A program made the position numbers and the translations under genes. Shown here in pieces: positions 1-8,449 of a stretch of 28,397 nt of DNA. The notes under the pieces are model-generated. The model worked only from the letters and a program-made list of their open reading frames with translations. It was not told where the DNA came from and did not search any database. The stretch lies in the IMG/VR virus record IMGVR_UViG_2663762992_000009; one strand, written 5' to 3'. This stretch comes from a virus (lineage: Duplodnaviria > Heunggongvirae > Uroviricota > Caudoviricetes). Numbering within the stretch: the first letter of the stretch is position 1; each line of letters begins with the position of its first letter.

Positions 1-122
1 ACCAGAACCGACACCGCCGAATACCACTTCACCAATTTGCATCAGCCACATCGGCACCATGCCACCGAGAGCGGTAAACGAATCATGCATCGCAATCACC
101 GCGCCACAGGAAGCCGCCGTAG

Positions 123-737
123 TCACGACCGCAAACAGGCTACCTCACGCCCCATAACCAGAGGAGAAACACCCGTCATACCATTAGCAATACGCGAACG
201 GATATGTAACATGTCCTCCTCCCGGATAGTCCGGGTTGCCCCGCCCGGGCGCGGATCGTTGTAGATGAACTGATACCCACCCGCACTGTCCCGCTGAATT
301 TTCACCCTCTCGGGTATCAGTGGTATCAGGGAAGTTATGCGCCTGCCGGTACGGTCAATCTCAGCAAAGGCATTACCACGCAACAGCAGCCCGGCCATCA
401 TGACTTCCCAGAACTCTACCGCTGTCATATCAGCATTGGGCTGATGATGCAGAAGTTCATATAACGGATGGTCTCGCGCAGCTTTCCGCCCGGCCTCCGT
501 TCGCTCATAAAATCCCAGCGGCAGTGTGGCCACCGTCTGTGACAGCAGATTTACGCAGGCCCACACCGCCGAAAGCTGTGTGGCCTTGCTCTCGCTCACC
601 GTGACGCCCGACGCTGTCTCAGCGCCGGAGTAAGCCTGTAAAAATTCACCGTTCGTCAGAGACAAAGGTACCCCCAGCCACCGGAGCAGGGCACCTTTCA
701 TCCGGCCAGGTTTTCTGGATTTATTCATAGGCTTCAC
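123..737 (-). CDS. phage portal protein (HK97-like), N-terminal 204 codons; frame appears to continue toward position 1 in another frame
   Basis: ORF track 204 aa; sequence has portal-like character ([10 protein letters not shown] region) and sits directly downstream of the large terminase. Translating the minus strand of 1-140 in a second frame still gives protein-like sequence ([19 protein letters not shown]...), so the stop at 123 looks like a frameshift or sequencing error. Confidence 0.75.
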
Positions 738-2476
738 ATAAATATGGGGTCATTAAAGAAATCACTGATATCGCCGTCGCCGTCATCTTCACAGGATCCT
801 GCAACACCAATTGCCATGGCACCGGACACCACGCCATCAATACGCCCATTGCTGCGACGCTTGCTGAATACACGGTTTCCGCTTTTGTCCTCCTCTATAA
901 CGGCATTGGCCGCACACCAGCGAAGGCAGGGGTTGAGTACGATGTTTATTTTTTTATCCATGATGAGTTGTTCAAACAACTCAATGGAATGCGGCATCCA
1001 CAGTCCGGATTTGGCGGACTTGCCGAATCCCTGGCCGTGCGGAATCAGTGGGATGTTTACACCTTCATCATCCAGTTCCGGCAAAAGGTAATCAATGTGG
1101 TAACTGTCGAACGCCACCTTACGGATGTCGAACATTGCAGCAAGTGTTGCCAGACGTTTTGCCACAAAGCCATAATCAATTGCAGCACCTGGCGGCGCGT
1201 GTACATACCCCTTCTTCAGCCAGACGTCATAAGGAACACGATCCACCCTTGCGCGATCGAAAAGTGTATCGCGCGGCGTCCAGAACTCAGTAAGCAACGC
1301 ATTGCTTCCAGGGAAATACAGAGAAAGAGAAGTGAGATCTCTTTTGCCGGAAAGATCCAGTCCTCCGTAACAAATCTGCCCCCGGAACTCTTCAGGATCG
1401 AATTTTTTTTCGCATGCCATCCAGGCATCACTGCTAATCCATGGATTTTCAGCATCAACCCACTGACAGAAATTAAGGCGTCGTACAATGCTCTCTTTGG
1501 ACGGAATACCGCGGGCATCATCAACCTGTTCCCGTAAATAACTGTCCTCAAATGTATGCCCCATGGAAGGGTTCGCTTTTGGCCAGCAGGATTCATCCTG
1601 GAAGGGATCATCTCTTTCATCAAGGGAACAAATGAAAGAGAAAAATGCATCATTATCCAGTTGTCCGGCTGCGACTTTTTGTCCGTACCGGTGATAGTCA
1701 TAGCAGACGCTGGTTTTGTCATGACCACTGTTAGTTATCATGAAAATCAGCGCCTGACGCCTGCCTTTTGTACCAGCCCGCATCATTTCAACCACAATGT
1801 TGCTTTTGTGCTCATGGATTTCATCAATCAAGGCACAATGTGGTCGTGGGCCTGACTGCCCGTCATCAGAACTAATCGGGCGGAAAAATGATCCCGTCTG
1901 CAAAAATGCCAGATTCCACTCTTTGCCCGCCCCTCCTGATTTGCTGATACGTTGTGCCAGCGCCGGTGATTGATCCACCATCGCCACCGCATCACGAAAC
2001 AACACCATAGCCTGGTCTTTTTTCGTCGCCGCAGCATACACCTCGGCCCTGGGCTCCTTATCCGCAGTCATGCAGTACAGGCCAACCCCTGCCGCCAGAG
2101 GGGATTTACCTGATCCCTTGCCTGATTCCACATAAGCGGTACGAAAGCGGCGCGCCCCGTTCCGCCGTTTCCATCCAAAAATGGATCCCACAATAAAGCA
2201 CTGCCAGGGCAACAGAATGAAGGGTTCTCCTTCAAACTCCCCACCGTTAAGCTTCAGTACCTTCGCAAAAAAATCAATCGCGCGTAGTGCTGCTTCTGTA
2301 TCCCATGACAAGCCGCGCTTATGCCCAAATTCAAGATCGCGCAAATGACGTTTACAGGCATTACGAATATCTGGTCCGGCAATTTTCTTACCGGTACCCA
2401 CATCCATTGCATACTGCGTGGCTGGATCAACCGAAGAACTGGTTGAACGGATCTTCGTCTTTTTCTCCACCATCAA
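734..2476 (-). CDS. terminase large subunit
   Basis: 580-aa ORF with a Walker A-like ATPase motif (GKGSGKS) and a C-terminal nuclease-like region, length typical of TerL; follows the small terminase and precedes the portal. Confidence 0.9.
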   Translation of the reverse strand: MMVEKKTKIRSTSSSVDPATQYAMDVGTGKKIAGPDIRNACKRHLRDLEFGHKRGLSWDTEAALRAIDFFAKVLKLNGGEFEGEPFILLPWQCFIVGSIFGWKRRNGARRFRTAYVESGKGSGKSPLAAGVGLYCMTADKEPRAEVYAAATKKDQAMVLFRDAVAMVDQSPALAQRISKSGGAGKEWNLAFLQTGSFFRPISSDDGQSGPRPHCALIDEIHEHKSNIVVEMMRAGTKGRRQALIFMITNSGHDKTSVCYDYHRYGQKVAAGQLDNDAFFSFICSLDERDDPFQDESCWPKANPSMGHTFEDSYLREQVDDARGIPSKESIVRRLNFCQWVDAENPWISSDAWMACEKKFDPEEFRGQICYGGLDLSGKRDLTSLSLYFPGSNALLTEFWTPRDTLFDRARVDRVPYDVWLKKGYVHAPPGAAIDYGFVAKRLATLAAMFDIRKVAFDSYHIDYLLPELDDEGVNIPLIPHGQGFGKSAKSGLWMPHSIELFEQLIMDKKINIVLNPCLRWCAANAVIEEDKSGNRVFSKRRSNGRIDGVVSGAMAIGVAGSCEDDGDGDISDFFNDPIFM

Positions 2477-2891
2477 CTTTTACCTTCGTTCTGGCGGCCG
2501 GGGTCAGACCGAATTCAACCAGATAACTTTTAAAACGGCGGTCAGCGTCTGCCAGCATGGCGACAGCAGGATGCGGTTTTATCAGAAATCCACCATCTGT
2601 CTGTACCGTATAGGTTCTGCCTTCCACTGCGACAGTGTCACGTAACTGAAGGATATCGGCGTAGATATCACAGAGGCGCTCCAGTGCCAGTCCGTCAGCT
2701 ACCGTCATCACTCCCATCCCATCCAGCAGTACGGTCAGTTTTCCCCAGGCAACCTTTCCCCAGTCGGTCAGGTGCGGGGGCGGCGACGGTATTTCGCGTG
2801 AGGGCAACGGCTCTTTGTCATTGAGTTTTCGCTTGCTTGGGTTGCCGGTTACCGCTTTCAGATGGGACGGTTTCGGACGTCTCCCTGCCAT
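2427..2891 (-). CDS. terminase small subunit (P27-like family)
   Basis: ORF overlaps the TerL start; basic N-terminus (RRPKPSHLK) typical of small terminases. Start placed at the ATG at 2891, preceded by GGGAGG with 8-nt spacing; the ORF-track start at 2900 is a GTG. Confidence 0.75.
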   Translation of the reverse strand: MAGRRPKPSHLKAVTGNPSKRKLNDKEPLPSREIPSPPPHLTDWGKVAWGKLTVLLDGMGVMTVADGLALERLCDIYADILQLRDTVAVEGRTYTVQTDGGFLIKPHPAVAMLADADRRFKSYLVEFGLTPAARTKVKVDGGEKDEDPFNQFFG

Positions 2892-3105
2892 GCCGGGCAC
2901 CTCCCAATAAAACTACTGCATTAAATCACATATGTATTTTAATACAGTAGCTTTGCTGTTTTCATCATTTTCTTATATATCAATACACTGAAGTAATTCG
3001 AGGTTGTTTTTTAACCAAAAAACAAGCCAAAAAAAAACTTTTCATTTCGCGGTTGTACACAGAAAGGAGAAGCGGGGGTCATTTACTGCAAAGGTATTTA
3101 AGTTT

Positions 3106-3459
3106 TTACCCGCCCCTCCCCCTGTTCCAGTGTGAATCGGGGTCAAGCGGGATCCCATCAGCATCACAGCCAGTCATTCTCCCGCTCTTTTCCATACGCT
3201 GTTTGGTTGAGTCGTGATGGGGTTTACATAACCCTTGCCAGTTTCCTCTGTCCCAGAACAGCTTTTGCGCCCGGGAGATATCTGCGGGATTTCCTGTTAT
3301 GAGAGCATCTTTCAACCTGTGTGGCGTGATATGATCGACCACAGTCGCCAGCTCAATCCTTCCCAGTGCCTGACACATAATGCATAAAGGATGTTCGCGC
3401 AGGAATGCCTGGCGGGCTTTACCCCATCTGCTGTCATAGATGCGCGGTTCTTTGTTCAT
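3106..3459 (-). CDS. HNH endonuclease (terminase-associated)
   Basis: 117-aa ORF with Cys pairs (CIMC ... CKPHH) and His residues (VDHITPH) in HNH-like spacing; lies immediately upstream of the small terminase, as is typical for HK97-like cos phages. Confidence 0.8.
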   Translation of the reverse strand: MNKEPRIYDSRWGKARQAFLREHPLCIMCQALGRIELATVVDHITPHRLKDALITGNPADISRAQKLFWDRGNWQGLCKPHHDSTKQRMEKSGRMTGCDADGIPLDPDSHWNRGRGG

Positions 3460-3477
3460 ACCACCATTACCTGTAAA

Positions 3478-3711
3478 TCAGTGCGGACACCGTTCAATCC
3501 TCACTAAGCCGTAAAGCATCTGCCTCTTCACTTCGCCGTTCTCTATGGTCGCGTGGCCATATTCATCACATGCAACAGCGATTACTTCACCTTTCTCATC
3601 ATCAGCAGTGAGCGCGCGCTTAACATCAACACCATCAAGATAGACAGTGTACCGCTCTACTCTGATATCAATCTTCCTGCCGGGATCATCATCTAATACA
3701 GTGAGGCGCAT
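3478..3711 (-). CDS. small hypothetical phage protein
   Basis: 77-aa ORF with normal GC content, same strand as neighbours and tightly spaced before the HNH gene; no family recognised. Confidence 0.45.
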   Translation of the reverse strand: MRLTVLDDDPGRKIDIRVERYTVYLDGVDVKRALTADDEKGEVIAVACDEYGHATIENGEVKRQMLYGLVRIERCPH

Positions 3712-4267
3712 TCCCCCCTCCTTGTTATTTATACGCGTGCAATGCGACTATGATTGCCGCACGTCCCTTGTCGGCATGGACGTTTAGCACGTGCTGGCAT
3801 CGGCGTTGCCCTGTTTGTTGGATAGAAATCATGTTGTACTCGGAGAGAAAAACGGAAATGGCAAATAGTGGACAATATTCATAAATAGAGAGAATCCACA
3901 CGGTCGCCGCCCCGTAACAGGTTGGATCGCATAACAGGCCCCATCAAATGAGAATGAATATCGATTATACTAATTAATGCTTAGAACAGGATCATATACC
4001 TGTATCAGGTCAGTCCACTCTTCACCTAAACGTGCAGATGTGTTAATCCGTCTCCCTGCTTAGCACCACTCTTTTGGTGATATACCCGTTTTGGCATAGT
4101 CGGCGAGAGACTGGTGTTGCAGCACTGTCCAGTCCTGTTTTACCATAAACCCCCTAGTTTTATCTTTTAATTAATAGATATTAGTAAGATGAATCAATGA
4201 TGTGCTCAGAGCAAAGCACATCCTGCGTTGCTTTTAGTGCCATTTAACCTATAGAGAGATATGACGC

Positions 4268-4513
4268 GTGAGAAAGTTAATCTGTCTAATTTCGTTCGTT
4301 GCAACATGCGGATTCGGGTATCAGGCATACCAGCATCATGGACTGGCTTCTCTACTGGCTTTCTTAGTCAGCTTAGGGGCTTTTCTAACTGCTGTAGCCA
4401 ACTTAATAAGTGACAAGAAGAAGTCATCCTCTATAAGCCAAGTGATTGGTAATAACTCTTCAGGAATACAAGTCAGTGGTAATTTAACCATTAATGAAAA
4501 GGACAAAAAATGA
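4268..4513 (+). CDS. small membrane protein (two predicted TM helices), first gene of AT-rich moron
   Basis: GTG start with GAGAG about 9 nt upstream; hydrophobic segments LICLISFVATCGF and LASLLAFLVSLGAFLTAVANLI; visibly AT-rich; stop overlaps the next start (ATGA). Confidence 0.5.
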   Translation: MRKLICLISFVATCGFGYQAYQHHGLASLLAFLVSLGAFLTAVANLISDKKKSSSISQVIGNNSSGIQVSGNLTINEKDKK

Positions 4514-5418
4514 GTCTTTTCGATCATAAGTCGGGTCAACATGTCGGAGATGGTTCTACCGCAATCCAAGTAACCGGTGATGCTATCATTGGTAATACTA
4601 CTACTGAAGTAGTTACTATCTGTGAATTAGTAGTTCAAGCACAAATGGCTTCTTTAAAAGAGGAAGCATATAAACTTGTAAACCAACGAGCGATAGAATT
4701 TGGTAATCAGATTGCAGCTAAACTTTCTAGTGATCTTGATCATAAATTAAAAGAGAAATTATCCGACCCTGACATTCAATATTCGATGAACCAAGCTGTA
4801 ACTCAGGTGGCTCGAAAAGGATTTGATGAAAAATCGGAGTTACTTAAAGAGCTAATCGTTTCTAAAATTCAAACTGAAGAAGAAGAGGATAGTATAGTTA
4901 TAGATCACGCTCTTGAGGTGACATCTAAATTAACAACAAACGACATTAAATTTCTCTCTCTAATATATTACCTCAGAAACATAAATAAGATACGAAACGG
5001 TATTAACATGACAGCTCTTGCTGAAAGAAATGAAACTCACTTTGGATTAATTGGCTTTACCGTAGAGCAAAACCATTCAGCCCACAAAGAATACTATGCT
5101 CGCTATGATATTGATTACATTAAATTCTTAGATAAAATAGAGTCTTTGAGAAAAATAAACATTGATCTCCTCAGCTTAAAAGGCGTTATCTTCACAGACA
5201 AGCAATACATAACAAACTATCAAGACCTACTTGAAAAAAGGACTGGAATCACCAGCTTTGAAAGCGATGAGATGTTCTTTGAAACATTTCCTGCTTTAAA
5301 GTTAACTCTAGATGCATTTGGCGTATCGACCATAAATGACTTTAATTCATATGTTTTAAATCCAATTGGCAACCTGATTGCTCAAAACTTTCTTCGGGCT
5401 CGGAACTTCCTTCAATAG
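4510..5418 (+). CDS. hypothetical 302-aa protein, second gene of AT-rich moron (candidate defence/abortive-infection or conversion function)
   Basis: Long ORF in an AT-rich segment; AAGGA RBS about 8 nt upstream; translationally coupled to the upstream small ORF; opposite orientation to the flanking late genes; no family recognised. Confidence 0.7.
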   Translation: MSLFDHKSGQHVGDGSTAIQVTGDAIIGNTTTEVVTICELVVQAQMASLKEEAYKLVNQRAIEFGNQIAAKLSSDLDHKLKEKLSDPDIQYSMNQAVTQVARKGFDEKSELLKELIVSKIQTEEEEDSIVIDHALEVTSKLTTNDIKFLSLIYYLRNINKIRNGINMTALAERNETHFGLIGFTVEQNHSAHKEYYARYDIDYIKFLDKIESLRKINIDLLSLKGVIFTDKQYITNYQDLLEKRTGITSFESDEMFFETFPALKLTLDAFGVSTINDFNSYVLNPIGNLIAQNFLRARNFLQ

Positions 5419-5597
5419 GATAAAAATTATCGTTTGTAAACATTCGACAGAAAAGGGTATTTTTATTAAGATACCCTTCAAATCCACACTTACTACAAAT
5501 ATATCTATAAAAAATAATTTAATTATCGAGATACATATCATTACATGATGTAGAGCTGAAAACTATTCAGCCCAACTTACATTTATCACATTCATAT

Positions 5598-6170
5598 TCA
5601 TTTAAAATGATTTACAACCTTAACGTCTCTGTCCTTTAACTCCATAATTTTTCCTAGTTGCTTGCGTTCCAACTCAATTTTACTGATACCAGTCAGTTGG
5701 TTATTCGCCTTCTCAATAGTAGCCAGCAGCGGCCCGATCCAGAGAACAGCCTGGCAGTATGTCAGAGAGCTGGCGGTAATGGTGTCACCACCGGCTGCAT
5801 CAGCGTTCCGGGGATCGGGGTACATTGCGCTGGCACGTAAACGGTACGCGTGGTCGAGCAGCCCGTCAGCGATATCAGCAGGAACAGGCAAATCACAGGT
5901 TTTTTCACGACGGAGTATCTCCCGGTATTCAATAACTGTTTTTTCGGAACCGGCATCAATCAGGGAGTTAAGGCGGCTGGTATTATCAGCAACCTGATTA
6001 AACCGGTTAAAGTTGAAAACCTGAGTGGCGATAACCTGCCCCTGTAGCGCGTTATCATTGCGAAGGATCCGGTTATCACTTTCTGATACAGCAAGGTCGG
6101 CCCGGCTGAATACCAGCATAACAACCACAACCAGGAACGAAATTATTGCGATAATCGTTATACGGTTCAT
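5598..6170 (-). CDS. Rz: i-spanin Rz
   Basis: N-terminal TM helix (ITIIAIISFLVVVVMLV) followed by a coiled-coil periplasmic domain; last gene of the lysis cassette; contains an embedded +1-frame lipoprotein ORF. Start placed at the ATG at 6170. Confidence 0.8.
   Translation of the reverse strand: MNRITIIAIISFLVVVVMLVFSRADLAVSESDNRILRNDNALQGQVIATQVFNFNRFNQVADNTSRLNSLIDAGSEKTVIEYREILRREKTCDLPVPADIADGLLDHAYRLRASAMYPDPRNADAAGGDTITASSLTYCQAVLWIGPLLATIEKANNQLTGISKIELERKQLGKIMELKDRDVKVVNHFK
5762..5908 (-). CDS. Rz1: o-spanin Rz1 (lipoprotein embedded in Rz, +1 frame)
   Basis: Embedded ORF with signal peptide and lipobox (LISLTGCS) and a Pro-rich C-terminus. Start placed at GTG 5908 with GGGAGA 9 nt upstream; the ORF-track start at 5959 is an alternative. 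Confidence 0.65.
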   Translation of the reverse strand: MKKPVICLFLLISLTGCSTTRTVYVPAQCTPIPGTLMQPVVTPLPPAL

Positions 6171-6174
6171 GGCT

Positions 6175-6312
6175 CTACCACCAGCGAATCGCCACAATCA
6201 GGCGCGCAATACCATACAGCACAACCGTCAACGCCACAGCCCGTATAGCCCATGCCGTAGCACTACTGATTTCTTTTGTTAACGGAGCATCTATTTCAAG
6301 GCCGTTTTTCAT
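6175..6312 (-). CDS. possible small membrane protein within lysis cassette
   Basis: Short ORF with a hydrophobic C-terminus (AIRAVALTVVLYGIARLIVAI) between the endolysin and Rz; overlaps the Rz start; the start codon is uncertain. Confidence 0.3.
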   Translation of the reverse strand: MKNGLEIDAPLTKEISSATAWAIRAVALTVVLYGIARLIVAIRWW

Positions 6313-6400
6313 AGTCAACCTCAACAGAATTCGTTTATACTTCCTCACAGGGAACACACCTCCCTATACATAATTTCTCCCTTGCTTTCCTCAAGGTGCA

Positions 6401-6450
6401 GAAACAGAAAACCCCGACTGTTTGCCGCAATCGGGGTTTTCGCTTTTAAT
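6401..6450. terminator. bidirectional rho-independent terminator-like hairpin between endolysin and Rz
   Basis: AAAACCCCGA (6408-6417) pairs with TCGGGGTTTT (6431-6440) around a 13-nt loop; T-rich tracts follow the stem on both strands. Confidence 0.5.
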
Positions 6451-6460
6451 ACACGCTCAC

Positions 6461-6883
6461 TTAACCCGCCAGTTCGAGCGCGCGGATAAACGTATCAAAG
6501 CTGTATGGCTGGCTACCGTTCTCGTGCTTAATAATGGCCTGCAACAGCTTCATCATGAAACGACTGTCACTGGTATCAATGCGCTGGTCGGGAGTAACAC
6601 CCGTCGCCTGAGCCACGTTGTTGATATACGCCAGCGTGTTGTTCTCGTTCGGCGGCGCCCAGCGTTTAATAATGCCGGTAACCGTGTTCAGCCCGTGCTT
6701 ACGCTGGTAATTGCGCAGGATGATGATCATCGCCCGGATACCATACTCAGGCGTAGTGAACTGGCAGAATGATTTATCAGTGCGCTGTGCTTTGGGTACC
6801 AGGCCCTGCCACTCATCACCCCACCGGATATTGCCGGGGTTGTTGTTGCGGATCCCGCGAGAAATTTTACTGGTTCTCATCAT
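6461..6883 (-). CDS. putative endolysin (muramidase-like), assigned mainly by position
   Basis: 140-aa ORF immediately after the holin, start overlapping the holin end; soluble, no TM segment; motif RNNNPGNIR. No similarity to lambda R or T4 lysozyme recognised by eye. Confidence 0.55.
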   Translation of the reverse strand: MMRTSKISRGIRNNNPGNIRWGDEWQGLVPKAQRTDKSFCQFTTPEYGIRAMIIILRNYQRKHGLNTVTGIIKRWAPPNENNTLAYINNVAQATGVTPDQRIDTSDSRFMMKLLQAIIKHENGSQPYSFDTFIRALELAG

Positions 6884-7202
6884 TTATCCCTGCCCGTTTT
6901 TTAAGCGCACTGATGGCAATTTCACGTAATTTATCCACGCCGACGAAGCCAATCACGCCACCGACAAAGGGTGATATCGATACAGGAAGGCCAAACGCAT
7001 CCAGCGCACTGGTGATACATAAAGAAAGGGCGCCACAAAGGACGCCCTCAAGCCATTTATTTTTTCGCGTGACGCCATCGTATATCAGGCGGGCATAAGC
7101 AATGAGTCCGGCCATTGATGCCCCCAGTAACTGGGGCCACGCATTTTTGAGTCCGGTCAAAACCGCCGCCCAGAATTCAGGGTTTTTGTCATTCATTTTC
7201 AT
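6867..7202 (-). CDS. class I holin, lambda S-like, with dual-start motif
   Basis: C-terminal region resembles lambda S as recalled (LDAFGL ... GFVGVDKLREIAISALKKRAGINDENQ); hydrophobic helices; starts MKM (ATG at 7202 and 7196), like the lambda S107/S105 dual start; SD-like GGTGAGG upstream. Confidence 0.8.
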   Translation of the reverse strand: MKMNDKNPEFWAAVLTGLKNAWPQLLGASMAGLIAYARLIYDGVTRKNKWLEGVLCGALSLCITSALDAFGLPVSISPFVGGVIGFVGVDKLREIAISALKKRAGINDENQ

Positions 7203-7243
7203 ATACCTCACCCCCGGTTTCCGGATGGTGCTGTGTACTGGTG

Positions 7244-7268
7244 AAAAAATTCAGCCTTCCGGGCTGAG
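7244..7268 (-). terminator. candidate intrinsic terminator between tRNAs and holin (minus strand)
   Basis: Hairpin TCAGCC (7251-7256) / GGCTGA (7262-7267) with a 5-nt loop; on the minus strand it is followed by a run of six U. Confidence 0.45.
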
Positions 7269-7467
7269 TATGCTGCAGATCTGAATACGAAAAAGGCCAC
7301 GCAAATGCGCAGCCTTTATAACGCGAGTTTTATTATTCGGAGGCACTCCATCCAACAAACCACCCATGGTTGCCAGGATTTTAACGGAGTGCTTTTGGAT
7401 GAGCGCTGGACCGGAAGGTCAGTATTTTTACACAGCAATTTTGCAAAAAGCAGCGCCCATTCAAAAC

Positions 7468-7543
<76 letters not shown>

Positions 7544-7546
7544 TTT

Positions 7547-7623
7547 TGGTGGCCCTTGCTGGACTTGAACCAGCGACCTGGCGATTATGAGTCGCACGCT
7601 CTGACCAACTGAGCTAAAGGGCC
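7547..7623 (-). tRNA. tRNA with CAU anticodon (Ile2-lysidine type or Met)
   Basis: Full cloverleaf on the minus strand: acceptor GGCCCTT/AAGGGCC, D-arm GCTC/GAGC, anticodon loop CTCATAA, T-arm GCTGG-TTCAAGT-CCAGC, CCA end; closely resembles the E. coli ileX sequence as I recall it. Confidence 0.85.
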
Positions 7624-7630
7624 ATGACGC

Positions 7631-7737
7631 TGCGGTGCCGGACCGCTATTATTCCGGTAGATTGCGCGCTGATACACAATCTGCTTCGCGAAAATTCTCC
7701 ATTTCAGCAAGCCTCAACGCTAGTGAGATTCACCGCA
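7631..7737. repeat. repeat unit A (~100-nt element with complementary termini TGCGGTG...CACCGCA)
   Basis: Shares 5' end tgcggtgccgg and 3' end cgctagtgagattcaccgca with the units at 8860-8963 and 9074-9166; abuts the tRNA-Ile gene. Confidence 0.7.
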
Positions 7738-7938
7738 ATGAGAAAAATTTATCGTCCGCAGATTCTGGCAGGCAAGGCCTCTTCCAAATAAATTACTCAA
7801 AATGCGAAACTGCGCACGGAGAATTAAACCTTCAAAAAGCTAAGACATCACACTTGACCGGTTCAGAAAAAAATCATTATGTTCTTTCTGCTTCTCCCAT
7901 GAAGCGACCTCAATTATTTTCTGCTTATGTGTGATTTT

Positions 7939-7966
7939 GCCCGTTCTGTATGACGGGCTTTTTTCA
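7939..7966 (+). terminator. rho-independent terminator hairpin, plus orientation (element copy 1)
   Basis: GCCCGT (7939-7944) / ACGGGC (7953-7958) with an 8-nt loop, followed by TTTTTT; the preceding ~45 nt resemble the element at 9328-9400. Confidence 0.6.
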
Positions 7967-8014
7967 ACGTCATCATCCCTGTTCATTAAATGTGTATTCA
8001 TCCATCCAGGTTTA

Positions 8015-8449
8015 CTAATTCCATACAGTTCCCCTGGCGACCGAATAACGCCCTGCCCCCAGTAATGCAACTGACAGAGAGCCAACAAAAAAATACACCA
8101 GGCTTTCTATTCCCCACGCGCCAGTACTTTCGAGCATCCATGTTTCCTCTACCCCCACCAGAAGCCAGGCCACAATCATTGTAAAAGCCAGCAACAGTGC
8201 TGCGGGGCGAGTAAGAACCCCAAGAATAATCAGGCCTGGAGCCAAAACCTCTCCCACAATTGCTCCGTATGCGAAAAATCCAGGTAAGCCGTTAGCTATA
8301 AGCATGCCGCTAATACCTTCAACTCCTGCAAAGAGCTTATGCAAACCATGAAATAACATCAGCCCACCAACAGCAAGTCTTAACAGGAACTTACCAAAGT
8401 CAGCATGGGATAAGATCTGGTTAATTTTATTCAGTACGATAGTAATCAT
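8015..8449 (-). CDS. DoxX-family inner-membrane protein (cargo gene in the Q-to-lysis region)
   Basis: 144-aa ORF with four hydrophobic segments and a DoxX-like N-terminus (FGKFLLRLAVGGLMLFHGLHKL); GGAG SD 9 nt upstream of the ATG at 8449. Confidence 0.7.
   Translation of the reverse strand: MITIVLNKINQILSHADFGKFLLRLAVGGLMLFHGLHKLFAGVEGISGMLIANGLPGFFAYGAIVGEVLAPGLIILGVLTRPAALLLAFTMIVAWLLVGVEETWMLESTGAWGIESLVYFFVGSLSVALLGAGRYSVARGTVWN

Noticed and set aside
37-264. Plus-strand ORF overlapping the portal gene
   Set aside because: Lies antisense within a well-supported minus-strand portal coding region; no SD; His/Arg-rich low-complexity translation typical of a shadow frame.
744-2037. Several plus- and minus-strand ORFs inside the terminase large-subunit gene (744-1091, 968-1537, 1048-1293, 1216-1728, 1556-1855, 1828-2037)
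   Set aside because: All overlap the conserved TerL frame; their translations are Cys/Arg/His-rich or low-complexity and lack translation signals; treated as shadow ORFs.
5662-6047. Plus-strand ORFs overlapping Rz (5658-5840, 5662-5997, 5850-6047)
   Set aside because: Antisense to the Rz/Rz1 pair. The only embedded frame with biological signals (signal peptide and lipobox) is the same-strand Rz1.
6171-6184. Chi site (GCTGGTGG on the minus strand, plus coordinates 6177-6184) just upstream of Rz
   Set aside because: A single octamer can occur by chance in 28 kb, and it also overlaps the Rz ribosome-binding region; not enough to claim a functional recombination hotspot.
7635-7934. 99-aa plus-strand ORF that ends just before the terminator hairpin at 7939
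   Set aside because: Overlaps the tRNA gene and repeat unit A, has a Ser-rich low-complexity translation and no SD. The terminator is more likely part of the repeated element than a signal for this ORF.
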